From assembly GCA_027067575.1 (NCBI GenBank), contig JAMOVQ010000179.1, forward strand, positions 8,885 to 72,884: DNA of 64,000 bases, read 5' to 3'. The position numbers were made by a program, and so were the translations under genes. The notes under the pieces were generated by a model. That model searched no databases. It saw only the letters and a list, made by a program, of their open reading frames with translations, and was not told where the DNA came from. The stretch comes from Thermoanaerobaculia bacterium (GTDB lineage: Bacteria > Acidobacteriota > Thermoanaerobaculia > Thermoanaerobaculales > Sulfomarinibacteraceae). This document shows, one piece after another, positions 44,727 to 50,929 of this stretch; position 1 is the stretch's first letter, and each line of letters starts with the position of its first letter.

Positions 44727-45361
44727 GGGCGGACGATCCGGCCCGCCTCCGACAGCCGGGAGGCGATCTCGAGCATGTCCGATCCGCGGCCCACGGCCAG
44801 CTTCGGGGCCAGGCCGAAGAAGTTGAGGCACGTCCCACAGGCGATGATCTCCACGCCCGTCTCCTCCAGCACCCGGAGGTCGTCGAGCAGCGGGGAGCCC
44901 TCGCAGCACAGGCGGACACCCGCGTTGTAGAAGATGATCGCGTCCGGTGTCAGGTGCGGTTCGAGCTGACGCTGGGTCTTGAGGAACGAGCGCAGGAGGA
45001 GCGCTCCCAGCTCGTCATCGCCCCGGCCCATCCGGTCCCCGGTCACCTGGACGACCAGCGGCCTCCCCGGCGCCCGCTCCAGCCCCCCCTCCCCCGGGAG
45101 GGTGCACTCGAGCCCCTGGTCGCCCTCCGGCGGCGGTGCGACCGAGGCGTCCGAGGCCCGGACCGTCACCACCCAGCCGCCGCCCTCGAGAGGCTCGGCC
45201 TCCACATCGGCCTGGCGGGACGCGGCGAACCGCGTCACATTGGAGCGAGCCAGGTCGTCGGCGACCAGGACGCGGATCTCACGCTCCCCGGCCTCGAGCT
45301 GCTTGCGGACCTCCAGAACCGGTCCCGGACACGGCAGGTGTCGGACGTCGATCTCCCTCAC
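44723..45361 (-). CDS. yedF: YedF-type sulfurtransferase-like selenium metabolism protein (TusA-like plus DsrE-like domains)
   Basis: GTG 45361 is preceded by GGAGGGAGAT. VREIDVRHLPCPGPVLEVRKQL is the TusA CPxP motif. The C-terminal half (LVVQVTGDRMGRGDDELGALLLRSFLKT...IIFYNAGV...ACGTCLNFF) is DsrE/F-like. The remaining N-terminal 421 codons of the 633-aa track ORF are antisense to the next gene and are rejected. Confidence 0.8.
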   Translation of the reverse strand: MREIDVRHLPCPGPVLEVRKQLEAGEREIRVLVADDLARSNVTRFAASRQADVEAEPLEGGGWVVTVRASDASVAPPPEGDQGLECTLPGEGGLERAPGRPLVVQVTGDRMGRGDDELGALLLRSFLKTQRQLEPHLTPDAIIFYNAGVRLCCEGSPLLDDLRVLEETGVEIIACGTCLNFFGLAPKLAVGRGSDMLEIASRLSEAGRIVRP

Positions 45362-45485
45362 ATCTCCCTCCGGCGGGCATTCTATCCGAGCGGGTGCCGG
45401 TGGTGACGCCGGAGATCCGGGCTCCGTAGGAGGTGGGTGTAGAATGCTCGTCGCCGCCGGAAGCGGCGGCAGCAGGGAGGGTTCG

Positions 45486-46760
45486 ATGCGGAGAAGTTCG
45501 ATGCTCGTTCCGGTGATGGTTCTCGGCCTCGCGACCGGCGTCGCCGCCGCAGGCCAGCAGCAAGCCGCTCCCACCGCGACGAAGGCGCCGAGGCAGATGA
45601 TCCGGGTGGAGAAGGCCCACTTGGAGCTCGGCACATTCATCGCGGGCAGCGAGGTGGTCGGCACCTTCGTCTTCCACAACGACGGCGACCGGCCCGTCAA
45701 GATCGTCCGCGCCAAACCCACGTGAGGATGCACGGTGGCCGGGTACGACCCGGTGATCCCGGCAGGTGGGTCGGGAAAGCTCACGGCGAAGGTCAAGACC
45801 CATGCATCCCAGAGCGGGCATCTGACGAAGGTCGTTACGGTGACGACGGACGATCCTGTGGCCAAGACGATCCAGCTCAAGATGAGCTTCGACGTCAAGC
45901 CGGCGATCGAGGTCAAGCCGGAGGCCAGACCGCAGCTCGAGGCCATCGAGGGAGGCACGGCGTCGAAGACGCTGGTGCTGCACCGTGTCGATGGCAAGCC
46001 GCTCGAGGTGACGCGCATCGACACCGGCAGCCCGAAGCTGCTCACGGTCACGTCCCGTCCGGCAACGAAGAAGGACCGGAAGCTCGGCGCGGTGGAGGGC
46101 GACGTCGTCCTCGAGATCCGGAGCAAGGAGCTCTCGGGGTTCACCCAGCGCACCCAGATCCTGACCCTCCACACGAACCACCCCAAGCTCGAGACGATGC
46201 GGCTCCCCGTCAGGATCCGCGTGAAGCCCGTGATCGCCGCCATGCCGGCGCAGGTCCGGCTGTGGGCCCCGGCGGGCGAGGAAGCGCGTGACCTGGTCTC
46301 CGTTGTCACGGTCCTGAGTAACACGGGGAAGCCGTTCACCATCACCGCGGTGGAGAGCTCGCACCCGGACGTGGTCACCGCTGAAGTGAAGGGCAAGGGT
46401 TCTGCGACGCGGCACACCATCGCGTTGCACGTGCCGGCGAAGGTCGTCTCGGGCATCGGCCTCGGAACCAAGCGGGCAACGCTGACGATCCGGACCGATA
46501 ACGCCAGGAAACCGGTGCTGGAGGTTCCCGTCCTCATCGCCCGCCGGAGGAAGCCGAAACGGTTCCCCGGCGCCGTTCCGATCCACGGGGCCCGGTCGCT
46601 GCCGGGCACGCCCAAGGACCTCATCCTCGAGCCGAAGGGACGGGAACACCTCCGGCTCGTGCCCGAGGCGCAGGTCGGGAAGCCGGCCAGTCAGCAGCCC
46701 GCTCCGACGGCCGCGCCGTCCGGGAAGGTTCCGGCGAGCGGCGGGGAACAGGGCGAATAA
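45486..46760 (+). CDS. Exported DUF1573-repeat protein with in-frame TGA (45723-45725) read as selenocysteine: candidate selenoprotein with U-G-C motif
   Basis: ATG 45486 has SD AGGGAGGG and a signal peptide MRRSSMLVPVMVLGLATGVAAAG. Track ORFs ending at 45725 and starting at 45735 are in the same frame. The junction reads FVFHNDGDRPVKIVRAKPT-TGA-GCTVAGYDPVIPAGGSGKLTAKV, which is the DUF1573 xCGCT pattern with TGA in place of the first Cys. Two further Ig-like DUF1573-type domains follow. Confidence 0.7.
45734..45758 (+). promoter_or_regulatory. Candidate bacterial SECIS-like hairpin downstream of the in-frame UGA
   Basis: The core stem CCGGGU/ACCCGG (45739-45744 / 45748-45753) has an ACG apical loop. 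It is extendable with G:U pairs and a mismatch to 45734-45758. It starts 11-16 nt after the UGA. It was not scored with any SECIS model. Confidence 0.4.
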
Positions 46761-46802
46761 CGTACAGCCACGCGGCGGAGAACAACGGGCCATGGAGAGC
46801 GC

Positions 46803-47966
46803 ATGAGCGGTGAGATGGGTGGCAGCATGGCGCGGGAGGCCGGACAATCGGCCTCCCGGCCCCTCGAGGCAATCACGCCCGTCGAGATCTTCGATCACCT
46901 CAAGAAGGGGGTGCTCGGACAGGACGGGGCGCTGCGGTACGTCTCCGTGGCGGTGTACAAGCACGTCACGGGGAAGGTCCCCGGCAACATCCTCCTGATC
47001 GGCAGCTCCGGTACGGGCAAGACGACGATCATGAACAACATCCAGCGCCTGTACCAGGAGGTGCCGGAGTACCTGCCGTTCCGGGCGATGACGATCATCA
47101 ACGCCAACCTGCTCGTGGACGCCGACCGTCTGGAGTTCCGGCCGGACCGGCTCATGGCCGCCGTGGAGCAGCGGGCCCGGGCGCTCCTCGGCGGCCGCGC
47201 CACGGCCGAGGAGCTGCGGCAGGCCATGGAGCGGGCCACCATCTGCATCGACGAGGTGGACAAGATGTCCTCCGTCGTGGCGGGCAAGCCGAACCCGCTC
47301 GGTGTGGTGCTCCAGCAGGGGCTCCTGACCCTGATGGAGGGCGAGCACGTGGCCTACCGCACCCACGCCGTCACCGACGACGGCGAGGAGAAGCCCGTCA
47401 CCCTCGACCTCGACACCGGCCACATGATGTTCATCTGCGGCGGTGCCTTCGAGGAGTTGTACGACCAGGTCTACCTCCGGGTCACCAAGCCCGGCAGCGG
47501 TGAGCGGCTCAAGAGCCATGCCATCCAGACCGCCGACGGCCAGGTCCGCATCGAGGAGCGGTTCTCCCTGGCCGACTTCCTCAAGATCGAGGACCTGTTC
47601 GAGTACGGCATGGTCCCCCAGTTCATCGCGCGGTTCGACAACATCGTCCTGCTCAACGACCTGACCGTCGACGTCCTCAAGGCGATCCTGCTGAAGTCGT
47701 ACGACTCCCCGTTCATCCGCTCGCGCCGGTACTTCGACGTGATGGGGATCGACCTCGAGATCGAGGACCTCGCCGCCGCCCTGATCGCCGAGGCCGCGGA
47801 GAAGCACTCCCGGACCGGCGCCCGGGCGCTCCGGACGATCTTCGGCAAGATCGTCAACCGGCTCGAGTTCGACCCCGAGGGCAGCAACCGCCTCGAAGAA
47901 GGTGAGGACGGCCGCAAGCGCCTCCGCATCACCGCCGACATGGTCCGCCGGGTCACCGCCGCCTGA
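46803..47966 (+). CDS. ClpX-like AAA+ ATPase lacking N-terminal zinc finger, GYVG pore loop and IGF loop
   Basis: ITPVEIFDHLKKGVLGQDGALRYVSVAVYKH, Walker A GSSGTGKT, Walker B ICIDEVDKM, LQQGLLTLMEG, MFICGGAF, MVPQFIARF and sensor-2 TGARALRTI are all colinear with ClpX. The GYVGEDVE and IGFG positions are replaced. Confidence 0.8.
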   Translation: MSGEMGGSMAREAGQSASRPLEAITPVEIFDHLKKGVLGQDGALRYVSVAVYKHVTGKVPGNILLIGSSGTGKTTIMNNIQRLYQEVPEYLPFRAMTIINANLLVDADRLEFRPDRLMAAVEQRARALLGGRATAEELRQAMERATICIDEVDKMSSVVAGKPNPLGVVLQQGLLTLMEGEHVAYRTHAVTDDGEEKPVTLDLDTGHMMFICGGAFEELYDQVYLRVTKPGSGERLKSHAIQTADGQVRIEERFSLADFLKIEDLFEYGMVPQFIARFDNIVLLNDLTVDVLKAILLKSYDSPFIRSRRYFDVMGIDLEIEDLAAALIAEAAEKHSRTGARALRTIFGKIVNRLEFDPEGSNRLEEGEDGRKRLRITADMVRRVTAA

Positions 47967-48124
47967 CGGAGGGGAGCGAGAGGTCCCTCCCTCGGACTCC
48001 GGGGCAAAGGGTTCCCGGCCCCCGCCGTGTGGTCGTCCCCGCTCCTGGAACGAAACCGTTGCGCCAGGTCTCCCACCCGACCAACCGGATGGATGGAGCG
48101 CGGGCTTCGGCCCGCTCCCCCCTT

Positions 48125-48256
48125 GTCCCGCCCCAGGCCCACCGACACCCTCCTGGGACCCATGCGGAAATCTGGGTGTCCCCCAACTGCGGGATCCTGG
48201 GTGTCCCTTGACACCTGACCTGAGTTGTTGAACGGGGCGCGGCGTCACGGTAAGCT
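48125..48256 (+). repeat. Intergenic repeat, copy B (paralogous to 5905-6047)
   Basis: See copy A. The core is at 48178-48213. The 3' part contains a possible promoter TTGAAC-N17-TAAGCT for the SCP2 gene. Confidence 0.5.
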
Positions 48257-48293
48257 CGTTTGCAGCACGACGAGATGGACGGAGGAAAGAGAT

Positions 48294-48713
48294 ATGCCGG
48301 AGATCTTCACCGACGAGTGGGCCCAGGCCTGGTGCCAGCAGATCAACGAGAACGGCAACTATCGGGAGGCCGCGAGGAGCTGGGAGGGGCCGGTCGGACT
48401 GGTGATGCGGGCGGACGCATCCCAGGGGATCGAGTCGGAGCGGGCGGTCGTGGCCGACCTCTGGCACGGGGAGTGCCGTGGCGCCAGCGCCCGTCCCGAT
48501 GGCGACGTGGACGACGCGGCGTTCGTCATCGCCGCCGACGTGACCACGTGGAAGAGCGTGCTCGACGGCTCCACCGACCCCATCGTCGGGCTGATGGGCG
48601 GGAAGCTCAAGCTCCAGAAGGGGAGCCTCTTCAAGCTGCTGCCGTACGCCAAGGCCGCCAAGGAGATGGTCGCCTCGGCCCAGAAGGTGGACACGGTCTT
48701 CCCCGGGGACTGA
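48294..48713 (+). CDS. SCP2 sterol/lipid-carrier domain protein
   Basis: SD GGAGGAAAGAG precedes MPEIFTDEWAQAWCQQIN. The C-terminal GGKLKLQKGSLFKLLPY is typical of SCP2-like domains. Confidence 0.8.
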   Translation: MPEIFTDEWAQAWCQQINENGNYREAARSWEGPVGLVMRADASQGIESERAVVADLWHGECRGASARPDGDVDDAAFVIAADVTTWKSVLDGSTDPIVGLMGGKLKLQKGSLFKLLPYAKAAKEMVASAQKVDTVFPGD

Positions 48714-48740
48714 CGCCCCAAGCCCCGGCGCCTCGTCCCG

Positions 48741-50117
48741 TCAACCGTCGGCCTGCCGGCCGTCCGCCTCCGAGAGCAGGGCGTGCATCTCCTTCTCGAG
48801 GTAGTGGACGAGCGTGTCAGGATCGGGCACCAGGCTGGCGTCGACCGCGACACCCACCCGGACGTTCCCCGCGTAGCTGAAGATCGAGATCCCGAGGCCG
48901 AGTCCGCCGGACTGGGGAACCCAGAACATGATGTTCCGGACCGGGGAGCCCGCCAGGTAGAGCTGTTTCTGGGGCCCGGGCACGTTGGTCAGGACCATGG
49001 TCGCCTTGGAGGAGAAGATACTGACGGCGACCTTCTCCAGCTCGGGCCCGAGGGCGCCCATCAGGCCCAGCACCCCGAAGACGACGCCCGCCTCGGGGGA
49101 GGCCTTGATCTCCGCCATCCTCCGTTGGACGAGCCTGAGGCGTTCGGCCACGTCGTGTGTCCCGACGGGAAGATCGACGAACACCAGTCCGAACCGGTTG
49201 CCGAACTCCAGCGCCTCGTCCATGGGCCGGAGGTTGAACGGCACGACCGCCCGGAGCGTTTCCCCTCGGAACAGCTCGCCCCGGGCGATCATGTAGTGGC
49301 GGAGCGCCCCGGCCACGGCGGCGAGCATCACGTCGTTGACCGTGGCCCCGAACGCCTTTCCGATCCGCTTGACGTCCGGCAACGGGATGGGGCCAGACCA
49401 TGCGGCCTTCTTGGGGACGCTGAGCGCACCGTGGAACACGGTCCGCTCGTCCGGTGGGAGGGAGAGAAGCCTCCGGAGGATATCGATTCCGGTCATTCCC
49501 TGCTGGGCGAGCTCCATGGCGCGCCCGGGGTTGAGGATCATCTCTACACTCTGTCGGAGAATCCATTCCGGCATGGTCGCCCTTGCCGCCCGCCGCTTCG
49601 TGCCGGGCCGTCCCGCCGCACCGACGGCCGGAACGTCGGGCTCCTCGTCGGTCAGAGAGAACAACAGACGGATCAGGGCGATCCCGTCGGCGATGCAGTG
49701 GTGGATCCGGATCACCACGGCGGCGCCGCCCTCGTAGTCGTCGATCAGATGCATCTGCCACAGCGGCCGCGAGCGATCCAGAGGCGTACTCATCAGGTCC
49801 GAGACCAGCTCCTGCAACGCTTTCTGGTCCCGCGGCTCCGGCAAGGCGACGTGATGAAGGTGGGCCTTCAAGGAGAAGTGGTCGTCCTCAACCCAGGCCG
49901 GCCGCCCGAGACCCGTTGCAGGCTCCACGATCTTCTGGCGAAACCGGTCGTGGATGATGAACCGGTCCTCGATGATCTCCTTGAACCGCGCGTAGTCGAT
50001 CGGTCCTTCGAACGTCAGGACACCCGTGATCGTCATCAGGTTCGCCGCGTGTTCCATCCGGAGCCACGCCGCGTCCACAGCGGCCATGGGTTTTCGATCC
50101 CTGTCTCGCCCCATCAT
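48741..50117 (-). CDS. Wax ester synthase / diacylglycerol acyltransferase (WS/DGAT)
   Basis: The catalytic motif is HHCIADGIA. PLWQMHLI and the C-terminal NVPGP motif are present. SD GGAGAGGAG precedes ATG 50117. Confidence 0.85.
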   Translation of the reverse strand: MMGRDRDRKPMAAVDAAWLRMEHAANLMTITGVLTFEGPIDYARFKEIIEDRFIIHDRFRQKIVEPATGLGRPAWVEDDHFSLKAHLHHVALPEPRDQKALQELVSDLMSTPLDRSRPLWQMHLIDDYEGGAAVVIRIHHCIADGIALIRLLFSLTDEEPDVPAVGAAGRPGTKRRAARATMPEWILRQSVEMILNPGRAMELAQQGMTGIDILRRLLSLPPDERTVFHGALSVPKKAAWSGPIPLPDVKRIGKAFGATVNDVMLAAVAGALRHYMIARGELFRGETLRAVVPFNLRPMDEALEFGNRFGLVFVDLPVGTHDVAERLRLVQRRMAEIKASPEAGVVFGVLGLMGALGPELEKVAVSIFSSKATMVLTNVPGPQKQLYLAGSPVRNIMFWVPQSGGLGLGISIFSYAGNVRVGVAVDASLVPDPDTLVHYLEKEMHALLSEADGRQADG

Positions 50118-50316
50118 CGAAGGCTCCTCTCCACGGGTTGCCGCACTCTCCGGTCGCCACTTCACGAGCCCGGAAGAACCTGTCAAGTCTACCAGGGAGC
50201 CCCGGGAGCATCATGCCGCGCCGCGACGTCCCGCAACTTCTCACAACGCGGCAGAACCAACACGCCACAAAACAGTCGCGACAACAAGTCGCTATATCCC
50301 AATACCTTGTGAATAT

Positions 50317-50398
50317 CACCGCAGTGCGGCAATCAGGGGTTGACAGCTTTGCCGCAGCGCGTTATATTCTCCGTGGACGTGATGCCGCAGAGCGGCAT
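50317..50398 (+). promoter_or_regulatory. Three operator-like inverted repeats TGCCGC-N3-GCGGCA flanking and overlapping the phasin promoter
   Basis: CACCGC-AGT-GCGGCA is at 50317-50331, upstream of the -35. TGCCGC-AGC-GCGTTA is at 50350-50364, in the spacer and -10. ATGCCGC-AGA-GCGGCAT is at 50382-50398, a perfect 7+7 palindrome downstream of the -10. Confidence 0.45.
50340..50368 (+). promoter_or_regulatory. Consensus sigma70-type promoter of the phasin gene (TTGACA-N17-TATATT)
   Basis: TTGACA is at 50340-50345, followed by a 17-nt spacer and TATATT at 50363-50368, about 90 nt upstream of ATG 50460. Confidence 0.6.
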
Positions 50399-50459
50399 TG
50401 AACCGACAACCCGGCGCACCGCGCCACCATCGCCGGAACCACCGGCAGGGAGGAACACG

Positions 50460-50879
50460 ATGGCAACGAAGAAGAAGGTCAAGGAAGTCCAGACCGATCT
50501 GGCGGAATCCGCCCACAAGATCTGGCTCGCCGGGCTCGGCGCCCTGGCAGTCGCGGGCGAGGAAGGATCGAAGCTGTTCGACACGCTCGTCTCCCGCGGT
50601 CAGGAGCTCGAGGGCAAGGGCCGGAAGCAGGTGGAGAAGGCCAAGGAGACCGTCAGCGGCGTCAAGGTCGTCGCGGAGTCGTACTGGACCACCTTCGAGC
50701 AGAAGCTCGACGAACAGGTGACGAAGGTGATCCACCGTCTGGGCGTCCCGACGAAGGACGAGATCGAGACGCTGACGAAGAAGGTCGAGGAGCTGACGAA
50801 GTCGATCGAGAAGCTGCGCAAGGCCGAGTCGAAGCCCAAGACGAAGACGGCCACGAAGAGCACGAAGACCGCAAAGTGA
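50460..50879 (+). CDS. Phasin-family PHA/lipid granule-associated protein with Lys-rich C-terminal tail
   Basis: SD AGGGAGGAA precedes the start. AHKIWLAGLGALAVAGEEGSKLFDTLVSRGQELE resembles the PhaF/PhaI-type phasin N-terminus. A coiled-coil C-terminus ends in KPKTKTATKSTKTAK. Confidence 0.8.
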   Translation: MATKKKVKEVQTDLAESAHKIWLAGLGALAVAGEEGSKLFDTLVSRGQELEGKGRKQVEKAKETVSGVKVVAESYWTTFEQKLDEQVTKVIHRLGVPTKDEIETLTKKVEELTKSIEKLRKAESKPKTKTATKSTKTAK

Positions 50880-50900
50880 CCGCGAGCGACGGATGAACGG

Positions 50901-50929
50901 GGGCGGGGCTCAGGCCCCGCCCTTTCTCG
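50901..50929 (+). terminator. Intrinsic terminator after phasin; the hairpin loop contains the ccmF stop codon
   Basis: GGGCGGGGC-TCAG-GCCCCGCCC (50901-50922) is followed by TTTCTCG. The convergent ccmF ends with TGA at 50912-50910, inside the loop. Confidence 0.6.

Noticed and set aside
44723-46624. 633-aa minus-strand ORF in the track spanning yedF and far upstream
   Set aside because: Only the last 212 codons (from GTG 45361, which has an SD) look like a real protein (YedF TusA plus DsrE-like). The remaining N-terminal part is low-complexity Ser/Thr/Arg-rich and is exactly antisense to the well-supported DUF1573 gene. It is a GC-driven open frame.
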